Source: an uncultured bacterium (GTDB lineage Bacteria > Krumholzibacteriota > Krumholzibacteriia > LZORAL124-64-63). Taken from it: 64,000 bases of DNA. The stretch is from positions 456,212 through 520,211 of the forward strand of contig CALMJK010000005.1 in NCBI GenBank assembly GCA_937864225.1. Direction: 5' to 3'. The notes beneath the pieces are model-generated. The model was not told the origin of the DNA, searched no databases, and worked only from the letters and a program-made list of their open reading frames with translations. Below are positions 8,361-17,100 of the stretch, piece by piece. The position numbers and the translations under genes were made by a program. Numbering within the stretch: the first letter of the stretch is position 1; each line of letters starts with the position of its first letter.

Positions 8361-9782
8361 ATGCCATCCACGCGTCGCAGCCCAGACCGCCGGCGCCGGC
8401 GCCGCCCCGGCGCGCGGCTGCTGTGGCTGGCCCTGCTGGTGGCGGCGGCCGGGACGTCGCTCTTGTGCTGGGCGCGCACGCCGCGCGGCGGCCGGGCGCT
8501 GCTGGCGTTGGGGGCGTCGCCGCCCTACGGGCCGGCGCAGCAGCGGATCGGAGCCGCCCTGCTCGGCGCGCTGCCCGGCGCCGCCGCCGCGCCGGTCCAC
8601 CACGCCCCGCTGTCCGAGGCCGGCAAGCAGGCGGCGGTCGAGTGCCGCGCCGTGTCGCTGCCGCCGGGCGACCGCCCCGCCGAGGTCCAGGCGCGCCTGG
8701 CGACGGCGGCGCGGGAGGCCGGTGGCGAGCTGCTCTGGGCGGAGGAGCTGCCGCGCCCCGCGGGCAGCGGCCCGCCCGGCGCCGGCGGGCGCGGCGACCC
8801 GCCCCGCCGCCTCGATTTCGGCCTGCGCGGCCGTCCGACCCACACGCTGGTTCTCCTGCCGTCCGACAGCCGGGATCTTCTGGTGCGCTGGGCACGGCCG
8901 GCGCCCGCGCCGCGGGCGGCCCCGGCCGCGGGCGAGGCAGATCCGATGCTGGCCATCGTCATCGACGACTGGGGCTGCTGCGACACCGCGCCCATGCGCG
9001 AACTGCTGTCCCTCGAGGAACCGTTGACCCTCGCGGTGATCCCTCACCAGCCGCACACGCGGCGCTACGCAGCGCTGGCCACGCCCGCGCCCGCGGCGGC
9101 GCCCGCGGAGGCGGCAGGCGAGCGCGCGCGCCGGAGCGAACGGCGGGCCCGCGGCTGCCGCGTGGAGGTCTCGCTGGCGTCGCCGTCCCGGCGAGGGATC
9201 GAGCCGATCGCCCCCCCGGCGCCGCGTCGCGAGGTGATCCTGCACCTGCCGATGGAGGCCGACGGGCACGACGCCAGGGACGGGGCGCTCGGCGCGGACG
9301 CGGTGCGGGTTGGTATGCCGGCCGGCGAAATCGCGCGGCGGCTCGCGGACGCTCTGGCCGACGTGCCCGGCGCCGCCGGGGTGAGCAACCACATGGGCAG
9401 CCGCGTCACCGCGGACTCGGCCGCAATGGACGCGGTGATGTCCGAACTGGCGCGCCGCCGGCTCTGGTTTCTCGACAGCCTCACGACCGCGCGATCGGTC
9501 GCGGCGGCCGCGGGCCGCCGCCACGGCGTGGCCGTCGTCGCGAATCACCTATTCCTGGACGAGGGCGAGCCGGACGCGCCGGAGATCCAGCGGCGGATCG
9601 AGCGCCTGGCGCGGATCGCCCGTGCCCAGGGCTGGGCCGTGGGGATCGGCCACCCGCGGCCCGCCACCGCCGCCGCGCTGCGGGAAGCGCTGCCGCGGCT
9701 GAGCGCCGACGGCATTCGTCTGGTCACGGTTGGCGAACTGCCCGATCTGCGCGGTGCACCGCCCGGGCCAGGCAGAGAATGA
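8361..9782 (+). CDS. Divergent polysaccharide deacetylase family protein (YibQ-like), membrane-anchored
   Basis: LAIVIDDWG, EVILHLPME, GVSNHMGS, FLDSLT, FLD, VGIGHP; N-terminal hydrophobic segment. Confidence 0.85.
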   Translation: MPSTRRSPDRRRRRRPGARLLWLALLVAAAGTSLLCWARTPRGGRALLALGASPPYGPAQQRIGAALLGALPGAAAAPVHHAPLSEAGKQAAVECRAVSLPPGDRPAEVQARLATAAREAGGELLWAEELPRPAGSGPPGAGGRGDPPRRLDFGLRGRPTHTLVLLPSDSRDLLVRWARPAPAPRAAPAAGEADPMLAIVIDDWGCCDTAPMRELLSLEEPLTLAVIPHQPHTRRYAALATPAPAAAPAEAAGERARRSERRARGCRVEVSLASPSRRGIEPIAPPAPRREVILHLPMEADGHDARDGALGADAVRVGMPAGEIARRLADALADVPGAAGVSNHMGSRVTADSAAMDAVMSELARRRLWFLDSLTTARSVAAAAGRRHGVAVVANHLFLDEGEPDAPEIQRRIERLARIARAQGWAVGIGHPRPATAAALREALPRLSADGIRLVTVGELPDLRGAPPGPGRE

Positions 9783-10458
9783 TCGTCGCCTCCAGGCCCG
9801 CCAGCGCCAGGTCCGCGCCACGCAGCAGCCACAGCTGGCGCTGCAACTGGGCCTCGAGTTGCGGCGATTCCTGCGCGAAGAAGAGCGCCACCGCGCGCGA
9901 CGCCCCCGGCACGAAGTAGCTGTAGGCCTGGATCTGGATCGTCAGCAGCGTGCGGGAGACGTTGCCCAGGACGTCCACCCAGGCGCCCAGCAGCGGCTGG
10001 ATCGACGTGCCGTGGAAGAGCAGTTGGAGCGGCACGAGCAGCAGCAGTGCGCCGCGGGCTGCCCCCGCCCCGGGCAGCTCCGGCCGCTCGGGCGACCGCC
10101 GCCGTCGCCGGGCCCAGGGCGCCAGCGCCAGAACGAAAAAGAGAGGCGCGGCCAGCCAGCGGTCCGGCCGGCGGTGGGCCGCCACGAGCGAGCGCGCGAA
10201 TCCGTCCGCGGCGAAGTCGATCTCCGTCGTGTACTCGCGGGACAAGCGGCTGAACGTGGAGTCGGGCAGGTCGGGGCGCAACGGGCGCGTGACCGCGGTC
10301 GTGACGGCCGGGGCGACCCAGGCCGGCACACCCGGCCGGGTGCAAAGCGGGGGCAGGGTGCCGAGCAGACCGACGAGCCCAACGGCCGTCAACCCCCAGC
10401 GCAGGCGATCCGGCCAGCGGGCGGGGGCGGGGCGAGGCGGGGACTGCGGCGTCGGCAT
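9724..10458 (-). CDS. Hypothetical integral membrane protein (244 aa)
   Basis: ATG at 10458; several hydrophobic helices; fills the gap between the YibQ-like gene and the secD promoter. Confidence 0.6.
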   Translation of the reverse strand: MPTPQSPPRPAPARWPDRLRWGLTAVGLVGLLGTLPPLCTRPGVPAWVAPAVTTAVTRPLRPDLPDSTFSRLSREYTTEIDFAADGFARSLVAAHRRPDRWLAAPLFFVLALAPWARRRRRSPERPELPGAGAARGALLLLVPLQLLFHGTSIQPLLGAWVDVLGNVSRTLLTIQIQAYSYFVPGASRAVALFFAQESPQLEAQLQRQLWLLRGADLALAGLEATIILCLARAVHRADRAVRQP

Positions 10459-10559
10459 GGTGCAATTCCCAGGTTCGTTTTCATCGCGCCGGCGCGGCGC
10501 GCCCTCGCGCGAATGTACGACGACCGGAGCCGGGCGTCCAGGGCCGGGGTTGAGCGGGA

Positions 10560-10587
10560 TTGACACCCCCGTCCGGCGGGCTATACT
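10560..10587 (+). promoter_or_regulatory. sigma70 promoter of secDF
   Basis: TTGACA, 16 nt, TATACT. Confidence 0.75.
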
Positions 10588-10618
10588 TTGGGCCCCTGCG
10601 GCTGAGTGGGCGCGCGCG

Positions 10619-10676
10619 ACGCCTCGAGCGGAACTTGCCGCGCGGCGGGAGGCCTGGCTCGAGGGCGTGTTTTTTT
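10619..10676 (+). terminator. Terminator-like hairpin within the secD 5' leader (possible attenuator)
   Basis: ACGCC-TCGAGC...GCTCGA-G-GGCGT stem with inner CTTGCC/GGCGGG stem, followed by a T7 tract (10670-10676). Confidence 0.55.
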
Positions 10677-10743
10677 GTGTCCGGAGCGCCGTCGCGAGCG
10701 GCCGCGTGGGTTTCCTTCTCATCGCCGAGCCGGAGCGAGGTCC

Positions 10744-12441
10744 ATGAATCGTACCCAACAGATCAGGTTTGGCCTGACCGCCGCCCTGACCCTCCTGTCG
10801 ATCTACCTGCTCATCCCCACGTTCCGCGCGGCCGGCATTTCTCAGGCCGACCGCGCCGCCGCGGCGAGCGATCCGGACGCGAAGGCCCGGATCGACGGCA
10901 TCGATGCCCGGGCCATCCGGCGCGGGCTCGACCTGCAGGGCGGCATGTACCTGGTGCTCGAGGTCGAGCAGGAGGGGATGACCGGCGACCAGGCGCAGGA
11001 CGCCCTGCGTCGCGTGCGGGAGATCATCACCAATCGCGTGGATCAGTTCGGCGTGAGCGAGCCGGTCATCCAGACGCAGGGCAACAGCCGCATCATCGTG
11101 CAGTTGCCCGGCCTGCAGGATCCGGAGCGCGCCAAGAGCCTGATCGGCCGCACGGCGCGGCTGGAGTTCCGCCTGGTGCGAGCCCTCGAGGAGATTCCCG
11201 GGGTAGTGGCGCGGCTGGACGAGGCCTTCCGCGCGGCCGGCGCCGCGCGCGGCGACACGAGCGCGCTCGCCAGCGCGCCCTTGGCCTCTGGCGAGCCCGC
11301 CGACCCGGGCGCCGCGGCGTCGGATCTGCCGCAGCTGCCCACGCCGGTGGATCGCGACGAGGACGCCCAGTACGTGCGCGACCATCCGTTCTCGGCCTAC
11401 GTCTCGCAGGACGAGGACTTCGCGCGCATGTACGGCACGCCGCTCTACTCCGAAGAAGGCGATGTCGCGCGCGTGGAGAGCCTGCTGCAGCAGCCCGCGG
11501 CGCGGGTGCTGGGCACCGCTCTCGAGTTCCAGTACGACACCGAGGCCTTGACCTACGGTGCCTTGCGCGTGCGTCCGCTCTATCTGCTCAACGCGACGCC
11601 CAGCCTCACGGGGGATCGGCTGACCAACGCGCGCAGCGCGCCCGACCCGGAGCGGCCGGGCGGCTGGCAGGTCGAGATGACGCTCGACCGGCGCGGCGCG
11701 CGCGAGTTCGCGCGGGTCACGGGCGAGAACGTGGGACGCAACCTGGCCATCACGCTCGACGGCCGGGTCGCCTCGGCGCCGAACATCCGCACCAAGATCC
11801 CCAGCGGCAAGGCGTCGATCAGCGGCAGCTTCACCAACGTCGAGGCCGCGGATCTCGCCCTGCTCCTGCGCGCGGGAGCCCTGCCGGCCAACGTGCGGAT
11901 CGAAGAAGAGCGCACGGTGGGGCCGGGCCTGGGACGCGACTCCATCCGCCTGGGCGTGCGCGCCGGCCTGATCGGCGCGGCGCTGGTCGTGCTCTTCATG
12001 ATCATCTACTACCGGTTCTCCGGCGTGATCGCCGTGGTCGGGCTGATCGTCAACCTGCTGATCCTGATGGCGGCCCTGGCCCAGTTCGGCCTCACGCTCA
12101 CGCTCCCCGGCATCGCGGGCATCGTGCTCACGGTCGGCATGGCCGTCGACGCCAACGTGCTGATCAACGAGCGCATCCGCGAGGAGCTGCGCAAGAACAA
12201 GACCGTGCGCGCGGCGGTGGACTCCGGTTTCAACAACGCCATGCGCACGATCCTCGACGCCAACATCACGACCCTCATCACGGGCATCATCCTGCTCTGG
12301 TTCGGCACCGGCCCGATCAAGGGCTTCGCGGTGACCTTGAGCATCGGCATCTGCACGACCGTGTTCGTCGCGCTGGTTTTGAACCGCGCGATCATGGAGT
12401 CCCTCGCGCGCGATCCGGCGCGCACGACGCTGAGCATCTGA
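10744..12441 (+). CDS. secD: Protein translocase subunit SecD
   Basis: GLDLQGG, NRVDQFGVSEP, RIIVQLPG, LRAGALP, VGPGLG, GMAVDANVLINERIREE, ILDANITT. Confidence 0.97.
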   Translation: MNRTQQIRFGLTAALTLLSIYLLIPTFRAAGISQADRAAAASDPDAKARIDGIDARAIRRGLDLQGGMYLVLEVEQEGMTGDQAQDALRRVREIITNRVDQFGVSEPVIQTQGNSRIIVQLPGLQDPERAKSLIGRTARLEFRLVRALEEIPGVVARLDEAFRAAGAARGDTSALASAPLASGEPADPGAAASDLPQLPTPVDRDEDAQYVRDHPFSAYVSQDEDFARMYGTPLYSEEGDVARVESLLQQPAARVLGTALEFQYDTEALTYGALRVRPLYLLNATPSLTGDRLTNARSAPDPERPGGWQVEMTLDRRGAREFARVTGENVGRNLAITLDGRVASAPNIRTKIPSGKASISGSFTNVEAADLALLLRAGALPANVRIEEERTVGPGLGRDSIRLGVRAGLIGAALVVLFMIIYYRFSGVIAVVGLIVNLLILMAALAQFGLTLTLPGIAGIVLTVGMAVDANVLINERIREELRKNKTVRAAVDSGFNNAMRTILDANITTLITGIILLWFGTGPIKGFAVTLSIGICTTVFVALVLNRAIMESLARDPARTTLSI

Positions 12442-12510
12442 CGCCGTCCGGGACGGCGGCCGGCCGGCGCGCGGTCCGACGGCGCGCGGGACGGGAAAGG
12501 TCCGGAAGAC

Positions 12511-13437
12511 ATGTTGCAGCTCTTCCACAACGCGAACTACGACATCATGGGGAAGATGAAGGTGGCCTTCATCCTCTCCGCCCTCATCATCGGCGCCGGT
12601 CTGGTGTCGCTGGTGGCGCGCGGCGGGCCGCGCTGGAGCATCGACTTCACCGGCGGCTCGGTGCTGCAGGTGGTCATCCAGCCCACGCCCGGCACGGCCG
12701 AGGTGCGGCGCATCATCGCGGGCGCCGGCTTCCGGGACGCCCAGGTGCAGGACTTCGGTTCGCCGCAGGAGTTCCTCATCACGCTGCCCGGCGTCGAAAG
12801 CGGCGGGACGAGCGCGGCCAACCAGGCCGAGGCGGCCCTGCGGGCGGCGCTGCCGCAGGCGCAGGTCGAGTTGCGTCGCGAGGAGAAGGTCGGCCCCAAG
12901 ATCGGCGGCGAGCTCAAGACCGCGGCCCTCAACTCGGTGCTGGCCGCCTGCTTCCTGGTCGTGGGCTACCTGAGCGTGCGCTTCATCTTCCGGTACGGCG
13001 TGGCGGCGCTGCTGGCCACGCTGCACGACGTGATCATCACGCTGGGCGTGTTCTCGCTCCTGAACAAGGAGATCTCCCTGTCCATCGTCGCGGCGTTCCT
13101 GACGATCATCGGCTACTCCCTCAACGACACGATCGTGGTCTTCGACCGGATCCGGGAGAACATGCGGCTGCGCCGGCGCGAGGGGTATCGCGAGGTGCTC
13201 AACCGCTCCATCAACGAGACCCTCAGCCGCACCGTGCTGACCGCGGGCACCACGCTGCTGACCGCGTTCACCCTCTGGTTGCTGGGCGGCCCGGTCATTC
13301 ACGATTTCGCCTTCTGCATGACTTTCGGCGTGCTGACGGGGACCTTCTCGTCGATCTTCATCGCCTCCCCCCTGCTGCTGCTGTGGCACGAGCGGGCGGC
13401 GCGCGGCGAGCGGCGGCGGGCGCAACCGGCCATGTAG
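12511..13437 (+). CDS. secF: Protein translocase subunit SecF
   Basis: IDFTGG, VGPKIGGEL, LHDV, GYSLNDTIVVFDRIREN, TLSRT. Confidence 0.97.
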   Translation: MLQLFHNANYDIMGKMKVAFILSALIIGAGLVSLVARGGPRWSIDFTGGSVLQVVIQPTPGTAEVRRIIAGAGFRDAQVQDFGSPQEFLITLPGVESGGTSAANQAEAALRAALPQAQVELRREEKVGPKIGGELKTAALNSVLAACFLVVGYLSVRFIFRYGVAALLATLHDVIITLGVFSLLNKEISLSIVAAFLTIIGYSLNDTIVVFDRIRENMRLRRREGYREVLNRSINETLSRTVLTAGTTLLTAFTLWLLGGPVIHDFAFCMTFGVLTGTFSSIFIASPLLLLWHERAARGERRRAQPAM

Positions 13438-13465
13438 GCCGGGGCGCCGGCGGCGATCCCTTCAA

Positions 13466-13491
13466 CAGGCGCGGCCCACGGGCCGCGCCTG
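13466..13491 (+). terminator. GC-rich hairpin after secF (terminator or stabiliser)
   Basis: Perfect inverted repeat CAGGCGCGGCC-CACG-GGCCGCGCCTG; no U tract. Confidence 0.5.
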
Positions 13492-13614
13492 CGCCTTGGC
13501 GGGGATTGTCTTCTATTGGGGCCGGATCGCCCTCTGGCCGCCACGGCGCCGCGCCGGCGCTTTCCCGCGCGGCCCGCGTGCGTTAGAATGGCGTGGTTCG
13601 GCGCCGGCCGGGTC

Positions 13615-13629
13615 TGGCACGGCCCTTGC
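13615..13629 (+). promoter_or_regulatory. sigma54 (-24/-12) promoter
   Basis: TGGCAC-GGCCC-TTGC, an exact match to TGGCAC-N5-TTGC, 57 nt before the GTG at 13686. Confidence 0.75.
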
Positions 13630-13685
13630 GCCGTGGGCAAAGGCATCCGGAGTCCCTACCTTGTCCCGCACGCGAAGGCGTCCCC

Positions 13686-14141
13686 GTGCAGCGAGGCCCC
13701 GACAACAAGCGTTCCCTGTGGCTGGCCGTGGCGCTGGTCGGTGCCCTGGCGGGCGCAGCCGCGGCGGCGCCGGCGGCCGATCCCGCTCAAGACGCCTTCA
13801 GCGCGATCGCGCGGGCTTGGCTCGTGGAGGATCACGCGGCGTTGGCGAATCTGATCGCGCCCGACGGTGCGGAGATCGCGCTGGGCCCGCGGCCGGGGGC
13901 GCGCCGTTACAGCGCCAGCCAGGCGTTCTATTTCTTCAAGACCCTTTTCCGGTCCACCGACACGGATGCCTTCCGCTTCTCGCTGCAGCGCTCCGAGTCG
14001 GACGCTGCCCTCGCGCACGCGGTGGCCGACTGGAGCTACCGCCGGGCCGGGCAGGAGGGGGCGCGCGTCGAGCGCCTGGTCTTCACCCTCGCGCGGGGAG
14101 AGACGGGTTGGGGTCTGACCGACATCCACGCCATCCGCTGA
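13686..14141 (+). CDS. Small exported protein, DUF4783-like (NTF2-like)
   Basis: Signal peptide (KRSLWLAVALVGALAGAAAA); YSASQAFYFFKTLF resembles the DUF4783 YSxxQA motif. Start uncertain. Confidence 0.6.
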   Translation: MQRGPDNKRSLWLAVALVGALAGAAAAAPAADPAQDAFSAIARAWLVEDHAALANLIAPDGAEIALGPRPGARRYSASQAFYFFKTLFRSTDTDAFRFSLQRSESDAALAHAVADWSYRRAGQEGARVERLVFTLARGETGWGLTDIHAIR

Positions 14142-14172
14142 CCCGCCGGACGCGGCCGCGCGTCGCCCGCCG

Positions 14173-17100
14173 ATGAGCCGCGCACTGGCCAGCCGAGCCG
14201 TGCCCCTGGTCGCCCTTCTGCTGCAGGCGGGGTCGGTGCTGGTTTCCGCCGGGACGCAGCGGCTGCCGGCGCCGGCGTGGCCCGTGGCCGCGGCGGCGGT
14301 CGCGCTCGTCGCCGTGGCGGCCGTGGGCTGGTCGTGGCCGGCCGCCCCGCACCGGCGCCGCCCGGCCCTGGCGCTGCTGATCGCCGCGCAACTCGCGCTG
14401 GTCGCACTCTTCTGGGCGGCCCGCCCCGAGCGAGCTTCCGACACCACCTGGGTCGAGGCCCGGCGGCGGGATCTGTCGGCCCGCGCCGTCGCGCTGGAAC
14501 CGATCGTCGAGCGATTGGGCCTCGCGCTGGACGGTGTGGCGGCGGCCGCCGGCCGGACCCCGGGCGCCGACGCCTTCGACCTGGTCGAGACGCTCGCGAG
14601 CGAATGGACCCGCGACCGACAGACGGCGGCGGTCTGGCCCTTGGCCGTCGTCCTCTGGCGGGACGGCGAGCGCCTGGCATGGAGCAGCCGGGCCCAGCCG
14701 CTGCCCCCGCCGGGGCCGGACGCCGTGAACGCCGAGGGGCGCGGCGGTCGCGTGGCGGCCGGCCGCGACGGCTGGTACTGGCGCCGCTATCACCGCCTGC
14801 CCGGAGCCGCCGGGGGGCCGGCCGTGCTCGAGCTGCAGCTCTGGCTCGCGCCCCAGGAAGGGGCGGCGGGCGCCGGGCAGGTGACGCTGGCCGGAGCGGC
14901 ATCGCCGGCGTCGCGCGTGGAGCCGGGGGCGGTCGCCGAGCCGCTGCGCCTCGAGGGCGACGCGCGCGCGGGGCTGATGGCGACGCTGGCCCGTCCCCTG
15001 CCCGATCCGGGAGACGACGGCTTCGCGCGGCGCCTGCGCCTTGTGCTGGCGGAGCCGGCCCGCGGCATGGCCGCCCACGCGCCGGCGGCGCGCCGGCTCG
15101 TGGCGCTGCTGGCGGTCTGGGCCGTGGCGCTGGCGGCGTGGGGAGCGGCCGTGGCGGGCACGAGCGGAGCGCTGGCCGGCGCGTGGGCGGCCCGCCTGCT
15201 GTGTGCCCGCGTCGACTTGCTGCGCTGGGCGCAGCCGGCCTCCGGGCGCGAGATCTCGACGGTCTCGCCCGAGGGGCTGTCCAGCCTGATCGACCCCGCG
15301 TATTTCGCCACTCCGGCCCTGGGAGGCCTGCTGGCTTCCGTCGCGGACGCCCTGGCCACGGCGCTCTTGCTGGCCGCGACGGCGGCGCTGCTTTGGCGGC
15401 GCACGTCGGCGCGCACGGCGCCGGCGTCGCCCGCCGGCCGCGCGCGGCGGGCGGACTTCGCAACCGCGGCGCTGTGGGGCCTGGCCGCCGTCGCCGTCTT
15501 GCTGGCCACGCGCTGGCTGGCGCTGACGCTGGCCGAAAGCGCCAATCCCCGGCTGATCGGCCCGAGGATCCCGTACCGCCATCTCAGCTTCTGGGCCTTG
15601 CACCTGAGCCTGCTGGCGGCGTGCGCGTCGCTCGTGGGACTGCTGCACCGGGGCGCGACCCGGCTGGGGCGAGGGTGGGGCGTCGCACTGAGTGTCGCGG
15701 TCGCGGTCGTCGCGGGCGGCGCCGCGGCGCGCGGACTCGACGGGGTGGCACGCGTCGCCCTACTGCTGGCCTCGCTGCTGCTCTGCGGAGGCGGCGCCCT
15801 GGCGCGCAAGGCGACGCCGACCGCGCGCCGGCTCGCCCTGCTGGCGCCGGCCCTGGTGACCGTGACCTGGATCTACGGTTCCCTCGCCGAGGCGTACCGC
15901 CGGGCCGAAACGGCTTGGCTGGAGCGCAAGGCGGCGGAGATCGTCGCGCCGCAGCAGGAGTGGCTGAGCTTTCTGCTGGGCGACGCGCTGGCGGGCATGG
16001 CGGCCGCCGACGCGCAAAGCGAAGGGCAGATCGCCGCCGTCTCGGTCGCCTCTGCCGAATTGTGGCGCAACTGGCCGGCGTTCGATCTGTGGCGACGTTC
16101 GACCGTGCGCGATCTGGGCCTGCCGTGCTTGGTCGAGCTGATCGACGGCGAAGGACGCGGCGAAAGCTTCTTCGCCTCCGGCTTCTTTCGCGACTTCGGC
16201 TACGAAGTGGGCGAGCGGCAGCCGTGGGTTTCGCTGGAACCGCGAGGGGAGCAGACGCCGGCCGGCGCGGAGATCCGCGCCCAAGCCGAGCGCAGGCGCT
16301 TCCCGGCCGGCGACGAATGGATCCTGCGCGGCGAGATCGCGCGCGCGAACGGGTCCGGGTGGATCCGTCTGGAACTGCCGATGCAGTCGCGACGCATCGC
16401 CACGCTGCTGGCGGGTCTGGAGGGAGCGGCGGCGGCTGGGCCCGGCCCGGCCTACCAGCCGCGGGCCGAGGTGGACCGTGGCGTCCTGCTCGTGCGCGGC
16501 GGCGCGCGCGGCTGGCTCGACGCGGGCTCGGGGCCGTTTCCCGACGTGGCGGCCGAGAGGGTGATCGCCGCGCGCGGAGCCCCGGGCGCGCCGTGGACCA
16601 CCGTGCGCGCGGGCGAGACCTCCTATCGTTGCGTCTGGCAGCCGGTGCCCGCCGCGCGCGCCACCGAGGCGGGCGAGGGCTTCCTGCTGGGGGTCGAAGA
16701 GCCCGGCTTCGGCGACCGCCTGCTCGATCTTTCCCGGCTCAGCCTGCTGCACCTGCTTTTGGCGGCCGTTCTCGTCGTCCCCGTGCTGCTGGGACGGCTG
16801 GCGCGCCGGGGGCGCCCGCTCGCGCTCGGTTTCCAGGAGCGGTTCTTCGCCGCCTACCTGGTGCTGGGGATGTTGCCGCTGTTGCTCGCGGGCACCTTCA
16901 TCGACCGACTCACCGTGCAGGGGCTCGCGGCCGCGGCGCGCGCCCAGGCCAGGGACGGGTTGGAGGCGGCCCTGGCGCAGCTGCAGGGGCTGCTGGGAGA
17001 GCAGGCCCGGGCCCTGGCCGGCAGCGAGTACATTGCGGATCTGCTGGCAAGCCGCATGGAAGGCTTGCGACCGGTGGGACCGTTCGAAGCGCGACAGGCG

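Noticed and set aside
12498..12508. AGGTCCGGAAG resembling the SRP RNA domain IV loop
   Set aside because: The following GAAGCAG half and the long stem are missing; this is the secF ribosome-binding region.
9724..13425. 1233-aa minus-strand ORF and other long antisense or alternate-frame ORFs (e.g. 10560..13586, 14277..17222, 19756..22623, 35450..38413, 38629..42639)
   Set aside because: Shadow ORFs caused by high GC and codon bias, overlapping genes with clear motifs. Only the 9724..10458 portion is kept as a real gene.
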